DNA from: the human T2T-CHM13v2.0 reference genome, Homo sapiens
Reading direction: 5' to 3' (one strand)
DNA: 64,000 nucleotides
NCBI RefSeq assembly: GCF_009914755.1
Contig: NC_060933.1
Shown here: positions 1 through 15,919 of the stretch, piece by piece
Layout: every line of letters begins with the position of its first letter
Position numbering within the stretch: the first letter of the stretch is position 1
Notes under the pieces: model-generated
The model's input: the letters and a program-made list of their open reading frames with translations, nothing else
Database searches by the model: none
What the model was told of the DNA's origin: nothing
Program-made: the position numbers and the translations under genes

Positions 1-650
1 TGTTGGTGAGGATATGGAGAAAAGGGAATGCTTATATGCTGTTGGTGAGAATATTAATTAGTTCAATCCCTATGGAAATCAGTATAAAGATTTCTCAGAG
101 AACTAAAATTAGAACTAACATTCACCCAGCAATCCCACTATTTAGGAAAATAGATCCTTTTATCAAAAAGACACTTGTATTCACACGTCTATTGCTCGAC
201 TATACACAATAGCAAAGTCACGGAATCAACCTAAGTGTTGATCAGTGTTCAATCGGGTAAAGAGAATATTGTATGTATACACCATAGAATACTACACAGC
301 AATAAAAAAGAATGAAATCTTGTCATTTGCAGCAACGTGGTTGGAGCCGGAGGCCATTATCCTAAGGAAAATAACTCAGAAACAGGAAATCAAATGCTGC
401 ATGTTCTCACTTATAAGTGGGAGCTAAAAAATGGGTACACATGGATAAAAAGATGGAAATAATAGACATTGGGGACTCCAAAATGGGGGAGGATGGAGGA
501 TGTGGGCAGCAGTTGAAATACTTCACAATGGGTACTATGTTCACTGTTTCTGTAATAGGTTCACTGGAATCCCAAATCTCAGCATTCTGCAATATATCCA
601 TATAACCAACTTGCATATGTACCCCCAAACGTAAAATGAAACAAATAGTC
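1..650 (+). mobile_element. Old LINE-1 3' end (ORF2 C-terminus + 3' UTR; L1PB/L1MA-type), cut by the window start
   Basis: ORF 245-427 (YTIEYYTAIKKNEILSFAATWLEPEAIIL) is a diverged L1 ORF2 C-terminus; it is followed by an L1 3' UTR and an A-rich tail. Confidence 0.85.
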
Positions 651-709
651 TTACAAACCAAATCAACAACAACAAAAGCCAAACAAATTACAAGGAAAAA
701 AACCCCACA

Positions 710-1191
710 AAGCTGTAGTTATGGCTTATAGAACAGGAGGTAAGTGAGTCAGTGTCTTGCAGTGGATGAGCTGCAATTATTTTACTATTCCTTATCTCGA
801 GGCCAGTGCTTGTTTAGCTGCCAGAGAAAAAGAAAAATCATCGGGCCAGTTAGAACATAGTTTATCCTTTAAGTGCAGGGGTGTATGACTTAACCCTTGC
901 CTGGCATAATCTTAAGTCTTGTTTATAATTTGGTATCTTATTGCCACAAAGACTCCATTCTGTCAGTCTTTTGGTCTCTATTTGAACACGAATGCTGGTC
1001 ACTGTTGTGTCTAAACCATAATGGACATATGTCCGACCTTGAGACGTATGAAGGAGGATAATGGAGTACGTCTGACCTCCCAACTTGTCATGCCCAGGAA
1101 TTTAGTTTTTAAGATCTCTCTGGAGCACACTTGGCCAAGAAATTGTCCATTCAGTTAGTTGGGTGGCTTAGGATTTTAGTTTTAGCTCTCA
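710..1191 (-). mobile_element. ERV1 MER4-group solo LTR (diverged)
   Basis: Reverse complement begins TGAGAGCTAAAACTAAAATCCTAAGCCACCCAACTAACTGAATGGAC, resembling MER4-group LTR 5' ends; left boundary approximate. Confidence 0.6.
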
Positions 1192-1477
1192 CCCCTAAAT
1201 GTTAACATATATACCTCAGTAGGAAGGTGGCAGGGTAAGAGCTAGAGAATCTATGCCACTCTGTAACAAGGGAAACTTCCTGGTCAGGGAAGGGGCCTTG
1301 CTATGCGTGGTGAGACTCCAGTGCCCAATGTGGTCTCTAAATCCATTCTTTTGCTGAGATAACTCATATCTGTTAAGTTAGAAAAAGTCTTTGGGCCAAT
1401 TTTAGAATACATGTATTTCCTACAAAATTCTCTTTCAGGATTTTACTTTATTAGTAGCACAGAATTGAACAATTCTT

Positions 1478-2135
1478 TTCATGCATTGGAAGACTCAATA
1501 TTCTAAAGATGTCAAGTAGCCCCAAATTGATCTTTAGATTAAATGCAAAACCAAGTAAAATCTCAGAATTATCGTATAGAAAATGACGAGCAAATTCTAA
1601 ATTTTAAGAAAATGGAAGGATCAATGATATCCAAGGCAATCATAAATTTTAAAAGTTGGGGACGTACACTAACACTTGTTGATTTATATTTCAAAGCCAT
1701 AGATATTAAGGCATTGTGATATTGACACAGCGCAGACGAATAGATCCATGGAGCATTATAAAGGTTCTAGAAATAGGCATACATATATTGCCAAGGAATA
1801 ATTTATGACAAGCATATCACTGCAGTGTAATATAAAAAGTCCATTCTTCTTAGTAAATGGCACCAGATAGTCATTTTGAAAACAATGTATGTTGCCACTA
1901 TCTCATAAAATACAAGAAATTAAACTCCAGATACAGTATATATCTAAATTTAAAGGTGAAATAATAAAGCTTTTTGAAGTAAATACAGGTGACTAGCTTC
2001 ATTGCACTGGACTAGACAAAGACACTATAAATAGGATACAGCAATCACTAACCATAAAGAAAAAAAATTCCAAAAGTTGAAAAAACAAGCCAGAGTAGAA
2101 GACATTTTCAATACGTATATCTAATAAAAGACTTG
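1478..2135 (+). mobile_element. Ancient L1M ORF2 fragment
   Basis: Degenerate ORF2-like tracts such as ttggaagactcaatattctaaagatgtcaa...cccaaattgatct. Confidence 0.6.
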
Positions 2136-2139
2136 TGAT

Positions 2140-2249
2140 TGTTCCTTCCTGCCTGTTCTACAGATTTCAGACTTCTTCAGCCAGCCCCCCAAATTACAAA
2201 ATCATATCCTACTGATTCTGCTTCTCTAGCTGAACCTTGAATGATACAG
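2140..2249 (+). mobile_element. MLT2 (ERVL) LTR 3' fragment
   Basis: Ends cctactgattctgcttctctagctgaaccttgaatgataca, a typical MLT2 terminus. Confidence 0.5.
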
Positions 2250-4866
2250 AATTAGTTGTCTATTGCTATGTAAAAAATTACCACATATGCAGTAACTTTA
2301 AACAACACCCATTTACTATCTCACAGTTTCCATGGTTCAGAATCCCAGGCACAGTCTCATTGGGTCCTCTGCTCAGGATCTCACAAGGCTGTAATCAAGG
2401 TGTTGGCTAGGCTGCATGCCCTTACAGACCTCAGGGTTCTCTTCTAAGATCACCTGGTTGTTAGCAGAATTCAGTTATTGAATTTGTAAGATGGAGGTCC
2501 CTATCTCTTTGCTACCTATCAGCTGAGGCTCCTCTCAGTAGCTTGAGGCCACCCTTAGTTCCCTGCCACATGACTCTCTCTCAGGTCCTGGACAGCATGG
2601 TAACTTACTCCTTTAAGACCAATAGGAAAATCTCTGACCTCTAGACCCTCTTTTAAGGAATCACTTGATTGGGTCAAGCCCACCCGAAATAATATTTCTT
2701 TAAATTAACTTTATATCTGAAAAAATTCCTTGAGGTCACTGTATAATGTAACCTAATAATGAGAGTGATATCCATCATATTCACAGATATTGCCCATATT
2801 CAAGGGATAGTATTATATATAGTTTTTATGCCAGGGAGTGGAAATCTTAGGAGCCATCTTAGAGCTTTGCTGGCAACAGTCCACTCCATAGCTCTTAATA
2901 AATCACTTCCTTCACACTTGCAAAATACATTCATATTTTCCAAAGATTCCTAAGAATTTTATGCCATTCAGCATCAGCTCAAAGTCCAAAATCTCATCAT
3001 TTAAATCAGATACAAGTGAGCAAGAGGCTCCCAGATGTGAACTGTTAAGTACACCACCTGGAACTCAATTTCTGTCCATATGTACACCTGTGAAACTAAA
3101 GCACTACGTTATTTACCCTCCATGTACTTAACATAAAAAGGTAGGACAGGCATATGACGGTAGTTACAAACATTCCAGTTCAAGAGAGGGGAAAAATGGA
3201 AGGTAGAAAGGACCCACTTGTCCATAACAGTTCTGAAATCCAGCTAGAGTTCCTTGATTGGGTTTCAAAGCCTGAGAATAATTCTCCTTGGCTTTCAGTT
3301 CCTTCCTCAATCAATGCCCTTGGTTCTGCCCACTGAGTCATTCCTTTTATAGGAAAGGATGTTTTTTCAGCTGAGTACAGTAGTTTTATTAGCCTACTTC
3401 CTGCCAGTAGAATCTTGGGATTCTGACAGCCTTCTTTCATTTTATATTCTCTATCCCGTTTAGTTCAACTTGGCAGCATTTCTGCTGAAATAATTTTCTC
3501 AAGAATGGTGAGAATCTTGCATGGATTTTATTGGGTTTCACCCCATTAGACAAAAGCCACACCTACCATGTTTTTTTCCAGATAATCTTTTATCTTTGGT
3601 TCCTAATGAGATGGCTGAGAGACAGTGCTCTTAAGTTTCCTACAGGCCCTCTGGTTTGATTGAGGGTGTCTGTAAGGCGCACAGTTAATTTCTGTGAAAT
3701 GACCTTTTATGTGACTGAATATTCTGACCTTTTGATCTTTCAGAAGTTGTAGTAAAAGGTTGAACAGTTACATACTCAGCCATTTCTTTATGCCACATGT
3801 TCAGCTGTCATTTCTGACTTTTACCATCTTTTGCCACCTGGAGAGGCTGAGATTTTCAAAGTTATCTGGTCCTAGTTCTTTTTGTTTAGCAGTTCTCCCC
3901 TCAATTTCTCTCTCCCTTGTCACATTTCATTACAAGGAAGAAGCCAGGTAGCAGCCTTGAGTCTTTGTTTGGAAATTTCTTTAGCCACATAATCAACTTC
4001 GTTGTTTAGAAATTCTGTTTTCCATATAACTTCACTATGTTCTCTACCAGTACATTACAAGGATCTCTTTTCTTCCAGTTTTTAATTACATGTTCCTCAC
4101 TTCTTTCTGAACTCTCACCAGCAGCATTCCTATGGTCAGTAATTCCAACACTACATTCAAGGCCATTGACACATTCTTCATCATGTTCTTCAAAATTATT
4201 CTAGCCTTAACTACTGTTTAGTACTAAAACCACACCTACATTTTAAGTATTTTTTTTTTACAGCATCATTCTACTTCCTGGTACCAAAATTTGTATTCAT
4301 TATCTATTTCCGCTTAACAAATTTCTACAAAATTTGTGGCTGAAAACAGTATAGTTGTATTGCTTCATAGTTTCTGTAGCTCAAGAATTTGTGCCTGGCT
4401 TAACTGGTCTTCTGCTCAGTCTCATCAACCTGAAATTGGGGTGTCAGCTGGGGCTTTGATCCCATCTGAGGGTTGGAGCACTCTTCCAAACTCCTGTGGT
4501 TAGTGGCAGAATTCATTTCCTTACAGCTCTAGAATTTATGGCAGCTTGCTTCAAAATCAGCAACCCAGAGAAAGAGAAAATCTGCTCCTTCAAATCTCTG
4601 AACTCTAGAAACTCTTTTAAAGGGCTCATCTGGTTATGCCAGGCCTGCGTGTGATAATTTCCTCTTTGATCACCTTAAAGTGATTTGGAACCTTAATAAG
4701 ATCTGCTTAAATCTCTTCACCTCTGCCATACAATGTAACCTAATCACAGAAGTGACATCAATTATGTTCACAAGCTCCATGCACACTCATAGAGAGATTG
4801 TACAGTATGTGTATGTTGGGGCAGGAGTGGGAATCTTAGGGGTTATTCTAGAAGTCTCCTACAACA
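2250..4866 (-). mobile_element. Two-LTR MLT1 (MLT1E-like) MaLR element: 3' LTR ~2250-2878, internal ~2879-4290, 5' LTR ~4291-4866
   Basis: Two homologous direct-repeat LTRs (shared gcagaattca, ctcttttaa, atgtaacctaat, ggagtgg(g/a)aatcttagg); MaLR junction motif ctggtaccaaaat next to the 5' LTR. Confidence 0.8.
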
Positions 4867-5037
4867 GTTGAGAGGGGTGCAACATTAGGCATGTGAAGGA
4901 GATGTTGGATGGTGTTATTTTCAAGACAGGAATGAATCATTTCTATTTTTTTCAAACTTTCACCATTCTCTTAATTTTTTCCAGCTTTATTGTGTTAACA
5001 AATACACACATGGTGTACACTTTGACATTTATTTCAA

Positions 5038-5275
5038 GTATCTCACTTATATGTGGAATCTAGAATACACCAATTCATACAAGCAGAGAGTAGAATGGTG
5101 GTTTCTAGGGGTTGTAGGGAAGTAGAAACAGATGTTGGACGAGGAGTACAAAGTTTCAGTTATGCAAGATGAATAAGCTCTGGAAGTCTAATGTACAGCA
5201 ATGTGACTATAGTTAATAATAGAACATTATATACGTACTTGAAATTTGCTGTAAGGGTAGATCCTGAGTTTTCTT
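5038..5275 (+). mobile_element. L1MA/L1MB 3' UTR fragment
   Basis: tctcacttatatgtggaatcta...gagagtagaatggtggtt...gtacaaagtttcagttatgcaagatgaataag. Confidence 0.75.
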
Positions 5276-6035
5276 CCTTGTTTTATTCACTGGTAACTAT
5301 TGCCTTGTCTACTGGAAAAATGCCTTGGATTCTTAAAAGGTGGGAAAGGTTCTTGTAAGATTCCTTTTTTCATTTCTCAATCAGATATATCCCTCAATAA
5401 CAGAAGCATCATTCCTAAGACCCTTGTAATGGTGAATCCAGAAAGACAAAATCAGGCAGAGCAGCATAATTGGAAAACTTCCTTGCAAACCTTTTTAAGC
5501 CTTGCCAAGGTTTGAATCCTTGCCATTTGTAACTAAAACAAGAGGAACTTGGTTTCAGTTTATATGAAATAATGGCATGAAATTTGAGGTGAGACATTAG
5601 GAAACTATTAAAATGAGAATCTTCCAATAAACCAAAAGAAGCTCCACAATTTGGGTAGAACTTAAACTCATGAGGGATTATGCTTTAACAACTGCTAGTG
5701 GGAATAAGGAGCTCCACATGCATGTAAAGTTCCAATTATATAACTGACTCTTCATAAACTATTGCAACATTACAGATTCCTGTCCTGCTGTGGAGAACAG
5801 TTGTCTACTATGACCAAAAGAGAGCAAGGTTAATGACATTGACCTCAAAAATGACAAAATTTCACTAGCACAAGAAGCTGAATTTAGTCTTCACAGAAAA
5901 ACTGCTAATCATTTTAAATATTTTCCTTTGCTAAATAATCTTTCCAACTTCATAGCCATTCTTAGGTTCCATAGTTGAGATTGCCAGTTAAGACTTACAT
6001 AAAAATTTGTTTCAGAATCACTGGTTATTTTTCTT

Positions 6036-8687
6036 TTAAAAAAATAATATCTCATTGTTCAATTCCCACCTATGAGTGAGAATATGCAGTGTTTGGTTTT
6101 TTGTTCTTGCGATAGTTTACTGAGAATGATGATTTCCAATTTCATCCATGTCCCTACAAAGGACATGAACTCATCATTTTTTATGGCTGCATAGTATTCC
6201 ATGGTGTGTATGTGCCACATTTTCTTAATCCAGTCTATCATTGTTGGACATTTGGGTTGGTTCCAAGTCTTCGCTATTGTGAATAATGCCGCAATAAACA
6301 TACGTGTGCGTGTGTCTTTATAGCAGCATGATTTATAGTCCTTTGGGTATATACCCAGTAATGAGATGGCTGGGTCAAATGGTATTTCCAGTTCTAGATC
6401 CCTGAGGAATTGCCACACTGACTTCCACAATGGTTGAACTAGTTTACACACATGGACACAGGAAGGGGAACATCACACTCTGGGGACTGTTGTGGGGTGG
6501 GGGGAGGCGGGAGGGATAGCACTGGGAGATATACCTAATGCTAGATGACGAGTTAGTGGGTGCAGCGCACCAGCATGGCACATGTATACATATGTAACTA
6601 ACCTGCACAATGTGCACATGTACCCTAAAACTTAAAAGTATAATAATAAAAAAAAAAGAAAGAAAAAAAAATTTCAACTTTTATTTTAGATTCAGGGGGT
6701 ACATGTGCAGGTTTGTTACATGGGTATATTGTATGATGCTGAGATTTAGGGTATGAAATATCCCTTTACCCAGGTAGTGAGCATAGTGCCCAATAGGCAG
6801 TTTTTCAGCCTTGCCTCCCTTCCTTTTTCCTTCCTCTAGTAGTCTCCAGTGTTTATTATTCCCATCTTTATGTCGATTTGTACCCAATGCTTAGCTCCCA
6901 CTTCTAAGTGAGAACATAGAGTATTTGGTTTTCTGTTTCAGTGTGAATTTGCTTAGGATGATGACCTCTGGCTCCATCTATGTCACTGCAAAGGACATGA
7001 TTTCATTCTTTGTTGTGGCTGCATATAATTCTGTGATGTATATGTAGCATATTTCCTTTATCCAGTCCATCATTAATGGGCACCTAAGTTGATACACTCA
7101 TATACCCATTGCAGTACTAGTCACTGCAGTGGACATACGATTGCATGGGTCTTTTTTGTAGAACAATTTATTTTCTTCTGGATATGTACCCAGTAATGGG
7201 ATTGCTGGATCAAATGGTAGTTATGTTTTAAATTATTTGAGAAACCTCCAGACTGCTCTTCTCAGAGGCCAAACTACTTTACATTCCCATCAAGAGTGTG
7301 TAAGGGTTCCTTTTCTCCACTGCCCCACCAGCATCTGTTATTTTTTTTTCTTTTAGTAGTAGCCATTCTGACTGGTATGAGATAGTATTTTATTACAGTT
7401 TTGATTTGTACTTTTCTTATGATTATCACTATTGAGCATTTTTTCATAGGTGTTTTGGTTGCTTGTATGTCTTCTTTTGAGAAATGTTTTTCATGTCCTT
7501 TTCCTCTTTTTATATTAGGTTACTTGTTTTTCTTATTGAATTAAGTTCCTTATAGATTCTGGATATTAGACCCTTGTTGGATACATAGTTTGCAAATATT
7601 TTCTCCCATTGTGTGGGTTGTCTGTTTATTCTGTTGACAGTTTCTTTTGCTGTGCAAAAAGTTATTTAGTTTAATTAGCACCCACTTGTCAATTTTTTGT
7701 TGACATTGCTTTTGAGGAGTTAGTCATAAATTATTTGCTAAGCCCCGTGTCCAGAATGGTATTTCCTAGGTTAGCTTCTAGGAATTTTATAGTTTGATAT
7801 CTCAGATTTAAATCTTCAATCCATCTTGAGTTGATTTTTCTACGTGGTAAAAGGTAGGGGTCCAGTTTCATTCTTCTGTATATGGCTAGCCAGTTATCCC
7901 AGCATAATTTATTGAATAGAGAGTCTATTCCCCATTGCTCTTTTTGTCATCTTTGTCAAAGATTAGATGGTTGTAGGTGTGTGGATTTGTTTTGGGATTC
8001 TCCATTTTATTCCATTTGTCTATATGTCTGTTTTTGTACCAATGCCATATTGTTTTGGTTACTGTAGCCTTACAGTATAGTTTGAAGTTGGGTAATGTGA
8101 TTCCTCAACTTTGTTCTTTTTGCTTAGGATTGCTTTGGTGATTTGGATTTTTTTTTTTTTGCTCTATATGAATTCTAGATTAGTTTTTTCTAATTCTATG
8201 AAAAATAACACTGGTAATTTGACAGGAATTGTGTTGAATCTGTAAATTGCTTTGAGCGACATGACAATTTTAATGATATTGATCGTACCAATCCATGAGC
8301 ATGAAATGTTTTTCCATTTGTTTGTGTCATGTCTGATGTATTTCAGCAGTGTTCTGTAGTGCTCCTTGTAAATATTTTTCATCTCCTTGGTTAGATATAT
8401 TCCTAGGCATTGTATTTTTTGTGGCTATTGTAAACAAGATTGTATTCTTGATTTGGCTCTCAGCTAGAAAGTTATTGGTGTATAGAAATACTACTGATTT
8501 TTGTACATTGATTTTGTAGCCTGAAACTTTACTGTAGTGTTTATGAGGTCTAGGAGCATTTTGGCAGAGTATTTAGGGTTTTTTAGGTATGGAACCTTAT
8601 TGTCAGCAAGATAAATAATTTGACTTCTTTTCCTATTTGGATGCCGTTTATTTCTTTATCTTGCCTGATCACTCTGGCTAGGACTTT
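6036..8687 (-). mobile_element. Older 5'-truncated LINE-1 (L1PB/late L1PA), body 6673-8687, tail interrupted by the L1PA2
   Basis: ORF2 remnants (ORF 8164-8382); near-perfect TSD ctg(g/a)ttatttttctt at 6021-6035 and 8688-8702. Confidence 0.85.
6049..6671 (+). mobile_element. L1PA2-like 5'-truncated LINE-1 with 5' inversion (inverted 6049-6448, sense 6449-6671)
   Basis: ORF2 C-terminus on the minus strand (ORF 6059-6451) joined to a plus-strand 3' UTR and poly(A); GAG at the ACA/GAG diagnostic site (gctagatgacGAGttagtggg). Confidence 0.9.
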
Positions 8688-8739
8688 CTGATTATTTTTC
8701 TTAAATGCCCATGTTTACTCTTGTCTCCATACCATATTT

Positions 8740-8866
8740 GTATATGTGTGCATGTGTGTATTACATATATAATATATATACACACATATATGTAATGCAT
8801 GTCTGTGTGTATATATGTATTATACATATATGTGTGTGTGTGTGTATATATATTATATATATATAT
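8740..8866. repeat. Degenerate (TA)n/(TG)n microsatellite
   Basis: Alternating tata/tgtg runs. Confidence 0.85.
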
Positions 8867-9602
8867 TTTTTTTTCACTGAATCATCCTATATTTCTCTGA
8901 AACATTGGAAATGCTATGGTTATCCACTTTTCCACAAGTCATGATGGTATAATTTTAGAACACTAGTTAAGACTATGGTATTAAGTTAAGATATGTGTAT
9001 TTTTCTGCATGTGTGTTACACGTTCCATAAAAGTTTTCTAAAATCACACAAAAAAAGAATAGGCTAGCAATATGGCATGGCATAAAGCCTCCCCCCAGCC
9101 CCCACCATTACCCCCAGCTCACACACGCACATACTGTAAACAGAGAAAAGTAAGCCCTGTGTCAAATGTCATACTTTCTCAGAAGGCTGGCCAAAGGAAT
9201 TGGCTTAACAGACAAGGTGTTCAGCAAAAGTGTGGCTCTAAGACTGAGCCAGTGACAAAACAAATAAATGAGAAAATAATGTGGAATCAATTTTCTATGT
9301 CCAGGCAGTATAAACCTGCAATGCCTGACCCTGGAAATAATTACATCAACCTTAGTGCCTGGTGTTCAGGGATTTGGCATGGTTCTTTCTAATTCCCAGA
9401 GTGTAACTAACTAGTGCCAAGTCAACTTCCAGTTATAAAATGCAATGAGAGAACCAGTTAATTTACTAGAACAGAAATTCAAATTAGAAATTAAAAACAA
9501 AACTATACCTTGTGGACTAATAACCCTAATCATTACAAAAAAACACTTTCTATGTTAAGTATTTTCATAGCCATTATTTTATTCAGTCCTCATAAGATTC
9601 TT

Positions 9603-10155
9603 TGTGGTAGACAGCTTTTGAGATGACTTACAAAGATCTTCATTTCCTTATGCCTTTGTGCTATTCCTCCCTTGTGTGTGGACGAGACCTAGTGACTTTC
9701 TCCTAACAAGTAGAATATGGCAATAGCAATTCCAAAATTAGACTACAAAAGGCTGTGACTTTTATCTTATGGCATTCTTTCTGACTCATCTCATGCACTC
9801 GCTGTGATGAAACAAAATGCCATGTTTTGAGCTACCCTATGGAGAGGCTCATGTGGCAAGGAGCTAAGAGTGGATGTCAGCCAATAGCCAGTAAGAAAGT
9901 AAAGCTCTCAATCCACATATCCTTGAGAATATCAATTTATCAAGAACCATGCGCATAATTTTGGAAACATTCAAACCTTCAAAGAAAACCATGGTCTTAA
10001 CTATACATCAGTTGCAGTCTTATAAAAGACCCTGAAGCAGAAGACTCATTAAGCCATTCCCAGAGTCTAGACCTACAGAAACTGCAAGAGAATAATGTGT
10101 GTTGTTCTAAGCTCCTAAATTTTGGGGTGATTTATTATGTAACCATAGATAACAT
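9603..10155 (+). mobile_element. MLT1 (E/F-type) solo LTR
   Basis: Starts tgtggtagacag; ends ttgttctaagctcctaaattttggggtgatttattatgtaaccatagataac. Confidence 0.75.
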
Positions 10156-10215
10156 AGAGTATGTGAGTTGTTAGGTCAGTGATACCCCTGAATTTGAGCT
10201 GTTATACTTTATTGT

Positions 10216-10728
10216 AGGCAGTACTATTCAGGACGTACACACAGGCAATGATTTCATGACAAAGATGCCAAAAGCAATTACAACAAAGCAAAATTGACAA
10301 ATGGGATCTAATTAAGGAGCTTCTACACAGCAAATGAAACTATCAATAGAGTACACAGACAACCAACAAAATGGGAGAAAATTTTTGCAAACTATGTATC
10401 TGGCAAAGGTCTAATATCCAGCATCTATAAGGAACTTACAAAACAAAAACAAAAACCAACAACTCCATTAAAAAGTGGGCAAAGGACATGAACAAGACAC
10501 TTCTCAAAAGAAGACATAAATGCAGCCAACTACCATATGAAAAGCTCAAGATCACTGGTCATTAGACAAATGCAAATCAAAACCAAATGAGATACCATCT
10601 CCCACCAGTCAGAATGGCTATTATTAAAAAGTCAAAACATAACAGATGCTGGTAAGGTTATGGAGAAAAAGAAATGGTTTTACGCCGTTGGTAGGAATGT
10701 AAATTAGTTCAACTACGGTGGAAGACTG
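10216..10728 (+). mobile_element. Internal LINE-1 ORF2 fragment (older L1PA/L1PB), no 3' UTR or tail
   Basis: Clear ORF2 sequence (aaattgacaaatgggatctaattaa...gagataccatct...cagtcagaatggctattattaaaaagtca). Confidence 0.85.
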
Positions 10729-11481
10729 CAGACTGCTTTTAATTTGTATAATTCATTGCAACCAACCCAGATTTCCACCAATGAAAGCTATTAGTGTTCT
10801 TTATGTCAGTTATCAACAAATTGCCTCTTAGCGACAAATCCATCCTTTATTGCCTGCTTTGTGATACTGGATCCACATCCTGTAAACATAGGTCTTTTGC
10901 CAGCTGGTGTGATGTTAAACTGTAATTGTTGGTAGAGGATGCTGGAGGGACACTACAGAGGAAGGGGCTTCTCTTTCTGGTTTCGCTGTATTCCTCTTTT
11001 CTTACTGCTGCAGTGCTGATCTCTATGCAGGGCACCTGGTGATGTTTACCTCTCTGTGAGTTGCCCTGAAACCCCATAGATCTGTCAGCATCCTAGGGGG
11101 CTTTTTAGGGAGGTCAGTCTAATTTCAGCAGGTAGCTTTCTCAACAAATTCCACAAATACCACAGCCAGTTTCCCAGGAAATTTAGTGCAAATTCCACAG
11201 TAGGATTTCCAGCAAGCTCCACCAGCACCACAGCTGGCTTCCCAGCTGTCTCAGAGTTGCCCTAGTGGCAGCTTGCTAGTGACTTTCAGTGCCCTAGAAG
11301 GCAGCCTCCTGGAAAGTTTTGTCAGCACTCCAATGGGCAGTCTCCTGCTTACCAGCCTCAGCCTGTGGTGCCTCCACATAATACTCAACTATCCAGTAGG
11401 CTACAGTCACTCCTTCTCCAATGACATCTGGATCCCTACCTTAGAGTAGGGAGTGTATCTTCTAAATTTTTTTCTTCCTTG

Positions 11482-11888
11482 TGTGAACCCTGAAAATTTG
11501 AAACAGGTGTCAATTAATTCAGACAGTTAATTTTGCCAAGGTTGAGAACACATACTCGTGACACAGCCTCAGGAGGTCCTGAAGACATGTGCCCAAGGTG
11601 GTCAGAGCACAGCTTGGTTTTATACATTTTAGGGAGACATAAGACATCAATCAATATGTGTAAAATGAACATTGGTTTGGTCCAGAAAGGTCCAAGGGGA
11701 GGGGACTTCCAGGTCACAGGTAGGTGAGAGAAAAATGGTTGCATTCTTTTGAGCTTCTGATTAGCCTTTGCAAAGAAGGCAATCAGATATGCATTTATTT
11801 CAGTGAGCAGAAAGATGGCTTTGAGTTCTCAACTAGAATTTTCCTTTTAGCATAGTGATTTGGGGGCCCAAGATATTTTCCTTTCACA
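11482..11888 (-). mobile_element. MER4A-type ERV1 solo LTR
   Basis: Reverse complement starts TGTGAAAGGAAAATATCTTGGGCCCCC; TG...CA ends; 4-bp TSD cttg at 11478-11481 and 11889-11892. Confidence 0.9.
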
Positions 11889-12015
11889 CTTGGGTACTCT
11901 GCATCAGCCCTAAGTATAAGTTGGCTCCCCATATCTGCTTTTCCTATGATTTTTAGAACTATCTTTAACACTTACTAGTTAATCGTGAGTTAGTGCTGAG
12001 ATAATTGATTAATAA

Positions 12016-12247
<232 letters not shown>

Positions 12248-12316
12248 TAAAATGTTCTGTTCAAATTAATTTGTGGTCTCTGTTTCCTGCCTAAACCCCA
12301 AATGATACAACATTCA

Positions 12317-14508
<2,192 letters not shown>

Positions 14509-14558
14509 TTATTTTATTTAAGAATGTTTCTTAACAAATTGCTGAGGACACATCTACT

Positions 14559-15190
14559 TGTTATACGACCAACAGGTTCATGTGTCCACTGCACAGTAAC
14601 AGACCACTGACACAGACAGCAGGGATGCAGCAGAGACAGAGTTTAATTTTTGCAGGGCGCCAAGCAAGGAGATGGGAGGACATCCTCAAACCCATGTCCT
14701 CGAGGAGTTCTTGGCTGGGATTTTTAAGGGGATCATTGAGGGTGAAGGATTGGAAAATTGGGGTTGTTGATTGGTCAGGGCAAGGAGGGTGATATCATCA
14801 CGATATAGAAACTGCATTCTTTAGTGAGTCCACTTCTCGTGGGGACCCTCAGATCAGCTGAGTCAGTGGTATCCTTCAGACCAGCTGGCACCACTGGGGT
14901 CTTACAGACAAGCTGGTGTAGTAATTCCATCAGTATGCAGGACCTGAAAAAATATATCAAAGGGAAAACTTAATGTTTCATAATTTTCAAGTTGTTGTCT
15001 ATAGAGCAGTTAAGGAGAAGTAGAGGGGCTACATGATGCTGGGATAACAGGTACCACACAACTATGAGGAAGCAGGTCAGAGTGAGCTGACTTCATGATT
15101 CATGCTGAATGCGCTGCAAGTTTGGTTTATTTCCATTTTTCCCCATCGCTTCTTCCCTGATTCATTTTATAAAGTTTATGGGGTGTTTTA
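14559..15190 (-). mobile_element. ERV1 (MER4-group) solo LTR
   Basis: Resembles MER39/LTR26-type LTRs (gcagcagagacagagtttaat; reverse-complement start taaaacaccccataaactttataaaa). Confidence 0.65.
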
Positions 15191-15919
15191 AAATTTGTTT
15201 GGCTAAAATTCTGCCCAAATTATTTGTGTAAATTTAAGGGAAAAAAAAGAATCTGTAAAAAGTAAGTCTTATTAAAAGAAAAGAAGCAGGTAAAACTTTT
15301 ATTTTCACTTTGAGGACAGTAGCAGTATAATACATATTAATGTACTTCCTATAAAAAGATAATTTTAAAGTAATTAGGCATGATGCTTCCCTTGCTGCAA
15401 TGATCTTTACCAAGAAGATGTTGAAAGCAAGAATAAGATTAATTATATATTTCAAGAAAGGCTGTTTATTTTTGAAATATACTTTTAAAATCTTAATTTG
15501 TTATTCTATACATTACCTCTGGGCCATAGCTGTTTCCCCACACCCCCAAATTAGAAGAATGGGATGCAGCATCTGGCTCCTACTAGGCACTCAGCAAATC
15601 TTTGTGAACTGCATGCTTGATGCATTTCTATTGTCTGTTGGTTAGTTTGGTAACTGATATTTGAACTGAAAGTACAAGTAATCTGCTTGTCGTGATTTTG
15701 ACAATTTTATCCTGGCATAAGTAGGATTTGAAACAGAAAGGCCATGTGGTAGTGTAGAGCAGTATTTACTGCCAATTATGCTCCCTGGATATCTGTGCTT
15801 TTTATACTTCCTATCCTCTCTCTCTCCTTCTAGTTTAGAATACTGCCTGGGTGATAACTGTCCCAGAAACTACACCTGTAGATTTAATGGGAAGATCCAT
15901 TCTGTACGGACTATGTCCT

